This document shows positions 19,172-27,199 of a stretch of DNA of 64,000 nucleotides, piece by piece. The notes beneath the pieces are model-generated. The model had not been told where the DNA came from and ran no database searches. It saw only the letters and a program-made list of their open reading frames with translations. Position 1 is the first letter of the stretch, and each line of letters opens with the position of its first letter. The position numbers and the translations under genes were made by a program. Origin of the DNA: a virus (Duplodnaviria; Heunggongvirae; Uroviricota; Caudoviricetes). The stretch lies in the IMG/VR virus record IMGVR_UViG_3300022555_003200; one strand, 5' to 3'.

Positions 19172-19431
19172 TGAGACCCGTATTCAGGGCGGCGTCGTTT
19201 GAGGAAGTAGCTAGGAGGCCAAAACCCCCTGAAACTACTTTCGAGTTTGCCGTTGCTGAGTTACGGCGAAGGATGGTAGAAGTCTTGGGAATATCCGCCG
19301 AGTATTTTGGAGTGGATTGTGCCGTAACAAATGGCGAACGCAATATAAATGTGTTTGTAAAGCCGGTTTGTCCAGCAGAGTTTATTACAATAACGTGCCA
19401 AGTGGCACCAACAACAAACAAGGGGGAATAA
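19169..19431 (+). CDS. Hypothetical protein with the N-terminal motif PVFRAASFEEVARRPKPPE, from a GTG start.
   Basis: A GGAG ribosome-binding site precedes the GTG. The N-terminus is shared with the 52080 protein. Confidence 0.4.
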
Positions 19432-19432
19432 A

Positions 19433-20017
19433 ATGAAGGGGTTTTTAATTGGAATGGCAGTGGTTTTAGGGGTGCTTGCTTTTATAGCACTCTGCGTGTT
19501 CGGGTTTATCACAGGGAACTACAACTCACTCGTCCAGCAGCGTATTGAGTGCGTTACGCAGTGGGGCCAGGTCGAGACACAGTACCAGCGCCGGTTCGAT
19601 CTTATTCCGAACCTCGTGAATGCTGCTCGTGGGTATATGGAGCATGAGCAGGTCGTGTTTAAGGCAATAGCAGATGCTCGTAAGAATTACGCCGGATCTA
19701 AGGGTGACGACAAGGTTAAGGCCCAGGGTGAGTTGGACGGTGCTATCTCAAGACTGTTAGTGATTATGGAGAATTATCCAAACTTAAAAGCCAATGAGAC
19801 CGTTCAGGGGCTGATGTATGAGCTTGCAGGCACTGAGAACCGCATCAATGTTGCCCGTCAGCGGTACAACGAGTCCGTACAGATCTACGACACGTCCATT
19901 CAGTCATTCCCGGGCAACATCTTCGCCGGCTTCTTCCACTTTGAAGCCAAGACGATGTACACCAGTCAGAAGGGTGCCGAACTGCCCCCCCAAGTTAATT
20001 TGGAGGTGGCTAAATGA
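19433..20017 (+). CDS. lemA: LemA-family membrane protein.
   Basis: N-terminal TM helix, then NYNSLVQQRIECVTQWGQVETQYQRRFDLIPNLV..., a typical LemA profile. Confidence 0.75.
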   Translation: MKGFLIGMAVVLGVLAFIALCVFGFITGNYNSLVQQRIECVTQWGQVETQYQRRFDLIPNLVNAARGYMEHEQVVFKAIADARKNYAGSKGDDKVKAQGELDGAISRLLVIMENYPNLKANETVQGLMYELAGTENRINVARQRYNESVQIYDTSIQSFPGNIFAGFFHFEAKTMYTSQKGAELPPQVNLEVAK

Positions 20018-20514
20018 GCCGGCGAGTTTGGTTAGTACCGATGATGTGTGTTTGGGCTCTCATAGCCTGTGGCTGCGATGTCTCTACTACAGCTGTGGAG
20101 AAAGTGCCCACTATCCCGGAAGCTACCGGCTATGTTGTTGACCAACTTGGCTTGTTAGACTCTTCGGCTGTGGATCAGATCACAACATTTTGCAAGTCTG
20201 TTGAACCACAACTTCAGGTTGCCGTACTGATCGTGAACTCCACACAGCCGTGGTCGATTGAGCAGTTCGGCATCAAGGTAGCAGAGAAGTGGAAGGTTGG
20301 GTTTAAGGGCAAGGATAATGGCGTTATTGTTATCCTGGCTAAGAGTGACCGGAAGATCCGCATCGAAGCCGGCCGCGGAGCCGAAGCGTTCTTGCCTGAC
20401 GCTAAAGCAGGCAACATCATCCACGATATCATTGCGCCTCATTTTAAGCGGGGCGACTGGAAGGGTGGTATGGTAGCGGGACTTCAAGCAATCAACAAGG
20501 AGGTGAGACAATGA
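20014..20514 (+). CDS. TPM-domain (TLP18.3/Psb32/MOLO-1-like) protein with an N-terminal signal/lipoprotein-like segment.
   Basis: Segment LVPMMCVWALIACGCD, then GYVVDQLGLLD...KDNGVIVILAKSDRKIRIEAGRG. It occupies the conserved position after LemA. Confidence 0.6.
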   Translation: MSRRVWLVPMMCVWALIACGCDVSTTAVEKVPTIPEATGYVVDQLGLLDSSAVDQITTFCKSVEPQLQVAVLIVNSTQPWSIEQFGIKVAEKWKVGFKGKDNGVIVILAKSDRKIRIEAGRGAEAFLPDAKAGNIIHDIIAPHFKRGDWKGGMVAGLQAINKEVRQ

Positions 20515-20882
20515 AAGAAGTCGGAGACGTAATTGTGTTGGCAGGCAAGTCTGTGACCATTGAATCCTGCACAGGGTGTGGTGCAGAAATGGTAAACGTA
20601 CAGTACATTCCGGTAACCTCAGTCGAGCTGGACACATTGCGAGAGCTAGAGCTGCGTATGTGCAGCACCGATGACAAAAGAGTATGCCAGGAGTGTGGAG
20701 AAGAGCTCGCGTCCAGTCGCAAAAGAAAAGAAGAAGAGGATGAAGAGGAAGACCGTCAAAGAAGAGACGATGACTCCTCAGGTCCTAGCTTTGGCGGAAG
20801 CGGCGACGACGATTCCGGAAGTGGCTTTGGTGGATTTGGCGGAGGTGATTTTAGTGGCGGAGGCGCTACGGGCGATTTCTAA
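20511..20882 (+). CDS. Zn-ribbon protein with an acidic linker and a Gly-rich tail.
   Basis: CTGCGAE...CQECGEE, then an E/D-rich stretch, then SGFGGFGGGDFSGGGATGDF. Confidence 0.45.
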   Translation: MKEVGDVIVLAGKSVTIESCTGCGAEMVNVQYIPVTSVELDTLRELELRMCSTDDKRVCQECGEELASSRKRKEEEDEEEDRQRRDDDSSGPSFGGSGDDDSGSGFGGFGGGDFSGGGATGDF

Positions 20883-21106
20883 TGACAAAAGGCGACGCTG
20901 ATCAAATCTCGATATTGTTTCACACCCATCCTGTAATAGCGTGGGTAATCGCCATCGCCGTGGTCATTGTTGTCTTGTATGTCATTGCAAACTCTGACGA
21001 TGATGGCATATTTGGTGGTGGCTGTGATGACGGAGACGGCGGTGGTGGGTTTGGAGGTTTTGGTGGTGGTAGTTTCGGAGGCGGTGGTGCATCAGGAGGA
21101 TTTTAA
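20882..21106 (+). CDS. Small TM protein with a Gly-rich tail (GGFGGFGGGSFGGGGASGGF).
   Basis: A TM helix and Gly-repeat that parallel the C-terminal segment usually fused to TPM proteins. Confidence 0.45.
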   Translation: MTKGDADQISILFHTHPVIAWVIAIAVVIVVLYVIANSDDDGIFGGGCDDGDGGGGFGGFGGGSFGGGGASGGF

Positions 21107-21120
21107 CAGGGGGGTGAAGC

Positions 21121-21360
21121 ATGGTAGGCGCGATGTTTGTTTTACTTCTTGCAATCTTCGGGTATTTTGGATTTCAAGAAGGCATGAAAAAGTGGGAACA
21201 GTTTCTTAACGACCGTAGGGAAATACTGAAGAGCCTGGAAGCTGAGGCGCTTAAAGGAGCGGCAAGTAAAACACAAGCTCCGATGAGCAACATACAGTTT
21301 ACGGCTTTACTTGAAACAAACTGGCTGACATGGGCCAAATCAAAAGGGATCATCAGATAA
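21121..21360 (+). CDS. Small membrane protein.
   Basis: Hydrophobic N-terminus. Confidence 0.35.
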   Translation: MVGAMFVLLLAIFGYFGFQEGMKKWEQFLNDRREILKSLEAEALKGAASKTQAPMSNIQFTALLETNWLTWAKSKGIIR

Positions 21361-21364
21361 GGAG

Positions 21365-21580
21365 GTGGTAGAAGTGTTTAGATTCATCGAGCTGTTCGGA
21401 ATGTTGATACTGCTGTGGTTTGTAGCGAATTTTGTCCATTATATTGTGTGGACAGCATCTGGATATGAAGGTCCGTCCAATATCCTGTTTGGAATGTCAA
21501 GTGGGTGGATAAAAAATGCAAAAGAAATGCAAGAAGAGTCGAAGCAAAGCACCAAACCAGCAACGAAAAAGGGGAATTAA
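21365..21580 (+). CDS. Small membrane protein.
   Basis: Two hydrophobic segments. Confidence 0.35.
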   Translation: MVEVFRFIELFGMLILLWFVANFVHYIVWTASGYEGPSNILFGMSSGWIKNAKEMQEESKQSTKPATKKGN

Positions 21581-21581
21581 A

Positions 21582-22622
21582 ATGGAAAAAAGTAAACAAG
21601 TATTTGGAATAGGGGGAGCCGTCGTAGCATTTATCGTACTGTTTGTGGCATTGCTCACATTCGGCTATGTAAATGTCCATCCTACAGAAGTTGCTGTTGA
21701 AGTGAACAAGTTCGCCGGTAAGGTTGTGCCAGAGCCCAGGGGGGTTGGGTACCACTTGTTTAATCATTGGCAGACGGATATGGTGATCTACCAGATATCC
21801 GCACGGTCATTCCCACATGACTCCATGAAGTCGGACCAGCACTCTAATGAGTGGAATATGTCACTCAAGACCATTGACGGTCAGGGTATTGACGTTGACA
21901 TGACGATCATTTACTCGCTCAATGCCAAAGACGTGCCGGCGCTTCACGCGTCAGTAGGTCCTGGGTACGAGGATCAGATTCTGCTTCCGCAGGTCCGGTC
22001 AGAGGCTCGTATTGCGATCGGGCAATACACGGCTGAGCAGATGTACGATGGTAAGATCCGTGAACAAATCCAACAGTCCATTAAAACAAAACTTCAAGAC
22101 GCTCTCAGCAAATATCCTGCCATTAACATTCAGGATGCCTTAATGAGGGATTTCCGGTGGCAGAATGCCCAGTTCCAACAGGCTATTGAGTCCAAGAAGC
22201 TGGCCTCACAGCAAGTTGAGGTCAACAAGAACTTGGCTGCTGCTGCGGAACAGAACGCCTTGAAACTTAAAGCGGAAGCCGAGGGGGAGAAGTTCCAAGC
22301 GATCCAACAAGCACAGGGTCGTGGGGAGTCTCTTAAAGCGGAAGCCGAGGGCAATGCCGCAGCTATTAAGCTGAAAGCAGATGCCGATAGGTACCGTCTT
22401 GAAGCTGAAGCTGCTGGTAACCTTGCTCGGTACAAGGCTGAAGCAGAAGGCAAGAAACTGTCTGCCGAGGCTCTTGGTGGTGGTCAGAATGTCGTGAACC
22501 TTGCGTTTGCGGAGAAGCTGTCTCCGACGTTGCAGATTTGGGGTATTCCGGTCGGTAATAACAACACCTCTCTTATGGACGTGTCCGGGGTGTTCGGAAA
22601 GATGTTAAGCAAGAAGGAGTAG
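21582..22622 (+). CDS. SPFH/band-7 (HflK/C-, flotillin-like) membrane protein.
   Basis: N-terminal TM helix, an SPFH core, and a C-terminal Ala/Glu-rich coiled coil containing KAEAEG repeats. Confidence 0.8.
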   Translation: MEKSKQVFGIGGAVVAFIVLFVALLTFGYVNVHPTEVAVEVNKFAGKVVPEPRGVGYHLFNHWQTDMVIYQISARSFPHDSMKSDQHSNEWNMSLKTIDGQGIDVDMTIIYSLNAKDVPALHASVGPGYEDQILLPQVRSEARIAIGQYTAEQMYDGKIREQIQQSIKTKLQDALSKYPAINIQDALMRDFRWQNAQFQQAIESKKLASQQVEVNKNLAAAAEQNALKLKAEAEGEKFQAIQQAQGRGESLKAEAEGNAAAIKLKADADRYRLEAEAAGNLARYKAEAEGKKLSAEALGGGQNVVNLAFAEKLSPTLQIWGIPVGNNNTSLMDVSGVFGKMLSKKE

Positions 22623-22781
22623 CAAGAAATGGCTGCTTGGGGGATTCAAGAGGAAACTAGCCGGGGAGAAGTCCTCGTTAACAGCACCTCCACTGGCGTG
22701 TTGCTAGTACTGTTCGCCAGTCCCCGAGCAGCCTATTTACTCGCACAGCATAACCAACAACTAACATAAGGAAAAAGAACC

Positions 22782-23069
22782 ATGGTAAAGCACACGAAGA
22801 ACCACCCACTCGGTCTAACGGCTAAGCAAATCGCGGACCTAGCGGGAATAAGTGTCTCTGAAATCAACTTGGCGGAGAGCTCCGCTGTGTACCCACACAG
22901 AGCAAACGGGACGCGATATGTGATCGCCCACAAGCATCACTTTCGCGACAAAGTTATCGACAAGATCGACTTAGACATCAAAAAAGCTAAGGAGATCCTC
23001 AGGCACCTTAAAAAGGAAAAAGCTCAGCGGCAGCAGGCTCGTCAAGAAGCGATTACACCAAAAGCATAA
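22782..23069 (+). CDS. Small HTH DNA-binding protein.
   Basis: LTAKQIADLAGISVSEIN helix-turn-helix. Confidence 0.45.
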   Translation: MVKHTKNHPLGLTAKQIADLAGISVSEINLAESSAVYPHRANGTRYVIAHKHHFRDKVIDKIDLDIKKAKEILRHLKKEKAQRQQARQEAITPKA

Positions 23070-23814
23070 ATAACAAAAGTTGCGTAGGAGGCAAAGGTGG
23101 GTTGTGTCAGCATCAGGGCGTGCCAGAGTAATACGTTGGGTGTTGCGGCTTGGCGTATGAGGGTAGGCACAGGAGTCGGAAATGGTCAGCGGTGATCGCA
23201 AACTAGCCCGCGAGAGTATCCGTAGCCCCAATACCCGGTTAGCACGAATAAAACCCCCGGGAAACTGAACCCTCATGTGGTGCTGTGGGTAACAATTTGA
23301 CAAAGAGTATTCCGGGACGCCGGCGGGTTGAAGCTCGAGGTTACAGGCGCTATTCGCTCATACAGGAATTTAAAGCGAAAAACCTACGTCGAGATACTCT
23401 TTAATTTGCGTAGTCGAATAGCGGGAAACCGTGCTATTAGGGGATAAACTCCCTAAAGTGATTGGGCTGTAGGCTTAGAAGTAGCCATCAGCTAAGAAAC
23501 GTCGCCCGGCCGTTACTCTCAGAGGGGCTAAGTAAAAACGTACCAATCTATACGGCTACAAACTAATGTTGGTGGTGTTTTTAAACTATGCTTGGGGAAA
23601 GACCGCAACCAGTGAACCAAGACCACCAATCGTTTGGAGCTGTGGCGTGTTACACGCACAGATAGTGGGGCGAGAGGCCGGTTGTTCAGAATTGACCGGC
23701 AGTGGGATGGCCAAAAACCCCGCCTCAGATGAGGAGAAATACCACTTGAGTGGACGGACATGGTGGAAGAACCCGCCGCCCCGTTCGCCGGCTCCAACTA
23801 AATAGGAGAAGTAA
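23070..23814. other. ORF-free region of 745 nt. It is a candidate large structured noncoding RNA or a cis-acting element.
   Basis: There is no credible coding frame, only short non-protein-like ORFs. It lies within a genome that is otherwise more than 90% coding. Confidence 0.4.
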
Positions 23815-24078
23815 ATGACCCCCCGAAAAACGTGTGTGCATTGCCAAGAGTACCCCTCTTGCAGAAATACCTCGGAAGAACCCTACTACGGAATACTGTC
23901 CTGCGGATGTACCACATGTGACTGCCACGCCCCTTCCACTGAGTTCACCTGCACCGAATGCGGAAAAAAGTTTACCATATGGAAACTTCTTTTCAAGCAC
24001 CTAGACGAACACCGTAAACAACACGAAGAAGACATGTACAACAAGTCGGAGGACCCACGGTACACGTGGGGCATTTAA
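23815..24078 (+). CDS. Small protein with a canonical C2H2 zinc finger.
   Basis: CTECGKKFTIWKLLFKHLDEH fits CX2CX12HX3H, with additional N-terminal Cys. Confidence 0.45.
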   Translation: MTPRKTCVHCQEYPSCRNTSEEPYYGILSCGCTTCDCHAPSTEFTCTECGKKFTIWKLLFKHLDEHRKQHEEDMYNKSEDPRYTWGI

Positions 24079-24079
24079 C

Positions 24080-24376
24080 ATGGGCCAATGGGGTGATGAT
24101 TGGGAAGATGATAACTTTGAGGACTGGGGAGAATACAGCGGCGGGGACGCATATAGCAAAGTAACGTTTATGTCACTTGAGTTTCATTGTTTAAAGCACA
24201 CAACAAAGAAGGCCTGGCTTGTGAGCTTCTACAGCGCTAAGCCAATGAAAACAGTAACGGTATGGCTTCCAAAGAGCCAATGCATCCTAAGTCCTGAAAC
24301 ATTTATTGTAAAAGTTCCGGCGTGGCTGGCGGATCAGAACAACCTAACAAAGTATGTAAAAAAGCAACCACTATGA
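24080..24376 (+). CDS. Hypothetical acidic protein.
   Basis: ORF of 98 aa. Confidence 0.35.
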   Translation: MGQWGDDWEDDNFEDWGEYSGGDAYSKVTFMSLEFHCLKHTTKKAWLVSFYSAKPMKTVTVWLPKSQCILSPETFIVKVPAWLADQNNLTKYVKKQPL

Positions 24377-24555
24377 GTAATACTCAGCCAAAGATAATGC
24401 TGCAGAAGTGCCTGATCTGTAACTACACATGCGCGTACGAGGTACTGTCCAAAGAAGACGAGGATACTATCCGTGCAAGCTGCCTTTCCTGTGGGCATCA
24501 GGGAATGTTTACACTACTAGAGGAGGACCACGATGGGCTATCTCGGGATAGATAA
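24322..24555 (+). CDS. Small zinc-ribbon protein.
   Basis: CLICNYTC...CLSCGHQ. Confidence 0.3.
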   Translation: MAGGSEQPNKVCKKATTMSNTQPKIMLQKCLICNYTCAYEVLSKEDEDTIRASCLSCGHQGMFTLLEEDHDGLSRDR

Positions 24556-25480
24556 TCTTTACAAGAACCAGGAAATTCTTATGTTCAAGCGCTGCTACGC
24601 TATGGAGAAGATCCACGGAACATCAGCACATATTAGCCTTGACCGGTCCAGGCAGCTTGTGTTTGGACCTATCATTGGTGTTAACGAGGACGCGAGGCGG
24701 TACACTGAGGCTGAATGGCAAGAACGCTGGCCTGACAAGATTGAACTGCATTTTTTCTCCGGCGGTGAAAAGCACGAAAACTTTATAAAACTGTTTAACC
24801 ACCAAGACCTAGAAAACAAGTTTCGAGCCATGAACATCAAGGAGCTCATTGTTTTTGGGGAAGCTTATGGTGGCAAGCAGCAGGGCATGTCTGGCACATA
24901 CGGCAAAGAGCTTAAGTTTATAGCCTTCGACGTCAAGCTTGGTGGAAACTGGCTTGCTGTGCCTAACGCGGAGTCTGTGTGTGCTCAGCTCGGCATTGAG
25001 TTTGTTCATTATGAAGAGGTTGCCACAGATCTTGATGTTTTAAATGCACTTTCCGAGGCAGACTCTGTCCAGGCTGTGCGGAATGGTGTTGGGCCCGGGC
25101 ATATCCGTGAAGGTGTGGTTTTACGGACTCTTGTTGAGCTCCGGAAGAACAATGGTGAGCGGATAATAGCCAAGCACAAGAATGAGAAGTTCCAGGAGAC
25201 TGCCAAGAAAAGAGAGGTGTCTAAAGAGCGCCTTGAAGTACTCACAGAGGCACAGGCTATCGCGGACGAGTGGGTCACGCGTCAACGCCTCATGCATGTG
25301 CTTGATAGGTTTCCGGATGCTACTATTACAGAAACAGGGGCTATTATAAAAGCAATGGTTGAGGACGTGCTTAAAGAGAGTGTCGGAGAAATTGTTTTTA
25401 GTAAAGAAGCCCAAACTGCTATTGGAAAAAAGACCGCACTTATATTCAAAGAGTACATAAAACAAAGCCTGTATGAATAG
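24533..25480 (+). CDS. ATP-dependent RNA ligase of the Rnl2 family.
   Basis: Nucleotidyltransferase motif I EKIHGTS (compare T4 Rnl2 EKIHGTN). Motifs III/IV VFGEAYGG...KFIAFDV are co-linear with T4 Rnl2. Confidence 0.75.
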   Translation: MGYLGIDNLYKNQEILMFKRCYAMEKIHGTSAHISLDRSRQLVFGPIIGVNEDARRYTEAEWQERWPDKIELHFFSGGEKHENFIKLFNHQDLENKFRAMNIKELIVFGEAYGGKQQGMSGTYGKELKFIAFDVKLGGNWLAVPNAESVCAQLGIEFVHYEEVATDLDVLNALSEADSVQAVRNGVGPGHIREGVVLRTLVELRKNNGERIIAKHKNEKFQETAKKREVSKERLEVLTEAQAIADEWVTRQRLMHVLDRFPDATITETGAIIKAMVEDVLKESVGEIVFSKEAQTAIGKKTALIFKEYIKQSLYE

Positions 25481-25502
25481 CAAAAAAATGTTAAAATTTG
25501 TA

Positions 25503-25531
25503 TTGACAAAGTTGCAAAAACGTGGTATAAT
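25503..25531 (+). promoter_or_regulatory. Consensus sigma-70 promoter TTGACA-17-TATAAT.
   Basis: Exact hexamers with exact 17-nt spacing, followed by AGGAGG and the ATG at 25560. Confidence 0.7.
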
Positions 25532-25559
25532 ACTCTATAACTTAAAATAGGAGGATTCT

Positions 25560-26111
25560 ATGAGTACTATACCATGCAAAGTGCCAAACTGTGAGAAAGA
25601 AGCTGCAAGCAAAAGAAGTGGCCTATGTAACGCGCATTATTTTAGATTGCGTCGCCATGGATCCTATGAGCTACCAATGACCCGGCGAGAAAAACTCATT
25701 AAAGAAGGAAAGTCATATTGTCCAAAGTGTCATGAGACAAAACCTCTAGATGAGTTTGGTAAAGACATACACACGGCTTTCGGAGTGGCGTGCTACTGTA
25801 AAGGCTGCTCTAACAAGAAGGGAAAAGACAGGTACAAAAATAACAAGAGAAAACACCAAGACTACCATCGAAAAAAAGAATTTGGCGTTACTTCAGAGTG
25901 GTACGACACAATGTTTACAAACCAAGACGGAAAGTGTGCTATCTGTAGCAAACTTCAGACTCCTGGAAGGCAGCTGTCGGTGGATCATTGCCATATGTCA
26001 AGCCAGGTACGCGGGCTCCTATGTGACAAATGCAATTTCATACTCGGTCAATGTGGTGACAACATTGAGATCCTCGAGTCTGCTATACAGTATCTCAAAT
26101 GCTACCGGTAG
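25560..26111 (+). mobile_element. Endonuclease VII-family (HNH-like) endonuclease. It is a probable free-standing homing endonuclease.
   Basis: LSVDHCH...RGLLCDKCN motif plus N-terminal Cys pairs. It has its own strong promoter. Confidence 0.7.
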
Positions 26112-26164
26112 TCATTGGTAAAAGGACTGCTCAGATGTTTCACCAGCGTCTGAAAAGCTCATTA

Positions 26165-26204
26165 AAAATATCATAATTTTTTCTTGAAACAGCCGTAATA
26201 TATA
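26165..26204 (+). promoter_or_regulatory. Copy C of the conserved promoter-like motif.
   Basis: AAAATATCATAATTTTTTCTTGAAACAGCCGTAATATAT. Confidence 0.6.
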
Positions 26205-26239
26205 GTGTGTGATGCTACAACCCCCTAGAAAGGTGACTA

Positions 26240-27199
26240 ATGGCGAGACCAATCAAAGAAGGACTAGACTATTTTCCTATGGACTGCGACATCGACCAAA
26301 AACTCGAGGAGCTAGAAGCAGAGTACGGGCTTGAAGGGTTTGGGCTGTATGTGCGGATACTACAGTGGGCATACAAGGACAGATCTGGTGAGGTTGTTAT
26401 AAACGATCAGCATAACCCTAAATGGGCCTTGTGGGTACGCCGGACTGGTATTGAAGAGGATAAACTAAAAAGGATGGTCGAATACATGCTGCACATTGGC
26501 CTGTTTTCACAGAGTAGGTATGACTCGGATGGCACCCTTACTTCTGGTGGCATACAAAAGCGGATTGGTGAGGTAAACAAGAAGAGAGACAGTAACAGAG
26601 CTATTTACGGCGGCAGAAACAATACAGAAACTAGAGTTTCAGCGGGGTTTCAGACACCCGAAACCCTCCAGAAACTAGAAAATGTGGTTTCAGCGGGGTT
26701 TCAGACACCCGAAACCCTCCAGAAACTAGGGTTTCAGCAGGGTTTCAGCGGGGTTTCAGACGTCCGAAACCCTGCTGAAACGCCACAAAGTAAAGTAAAG
26801 GAAAGGAAAGAAAAGGAAAAGAAAGTAAATTGTTCGCCTGACGGCGAGTACACACCTGTTGAGTCTCCTGACAAGCCACCTAAAGAACGCAAACTTGGGC
26901 CTTCTCAAGAGGTACTCGAGCTAATGCAGTACTTCTACAAGTCGTACGAGCACAAGTTTAACCAGAAGTACTTTGCACAGAACTTCAACAACGACAGTAG
27001 GATCTTTAAAGACCTACTAGCAGGTGGGCTTGGTCCGACCAAGATACCTGTGCTCATTGATGCATTCTTTGAAGAAGACGAGGACGAGTTTGTTAAGAAC
27101 AGCACATACACTACAGGGTTATTCAAGTCAGTGATTCATAAATACTTATCTAAAATCAATCCAAACCGCTCGGGCAACCGGGTACTGAAGGTAAAATGA
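26240..27199 (+). CDS. Phage replisome organizer / replication initiator, DnaD-like with a DUF4373-type N-terminus.
   Basis: N-terminal MARPIKEGLDYFPMD...YGLEGFGLYVRIL. The mid-gene carries tandem repeats. The gene sits directly upstream of the helicase. Confidence 0.55.
   Translation: MARPIKEGLDYFPMDCDIDQKLEELEAEYGLEGFGLYVRILQWAYKDRSGEVVINDQHNPKWALWVRRTGIEEDKLKRMVEYMLHIGLFSQSRYDSDGTLTSGGIQKRIGEVNKKRDSNRAIYGGRNNTETRVSAGFQTPETLQKLENVVSAGFQTPETLQKLGFQQGFSGVSDVRNPAETPQSKVKERKEKEKKVNCSPDGEYTPVESPDKPPKERKLGPSQEVLELMQYFYKSYEHKFNQKYFAQNFNNDSRIFKDLLAGGLGPTKIPVLIDAFFEEDEDEFVKNSTYTTGLFKSVIHKYLSKINPNRSGNRVLKVK
26636..26782 (+). repeat. Iteron-like tandem repeats (GGTTTCAG / CTGAAAC elements) inside the initiator gene. 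They are a candidate replication origin.
   Basis: Two near-perfect repeats of about 48 bp, plus degenerate GGTTTCAGC copies and an inverted CCTGCTGAAAC. They encode VSAGFQTPETLQKL twice. Confidence 0.5.

Noticed and set aside
20760-21110. Gly-rich tracts GGFGGFGGG, considered as possible low-complexity non-coding sequence or slippery repeats.
   Set aside because: They are in frame at the C-termini of two consecutive ORFs, and they match the Gly-rich tails known on TPM-domain proteins.
23528-24000. ORFs 23528-23797(-), 23566-23805(+) and 23725-24000(-) inside the noncoding block.
   Set aside because: They overlap one another and have non-protein-like composition that is rich in R, P and W. 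They lack a ribosome-binding site. I treated them as spurious frames over a noncoding region.
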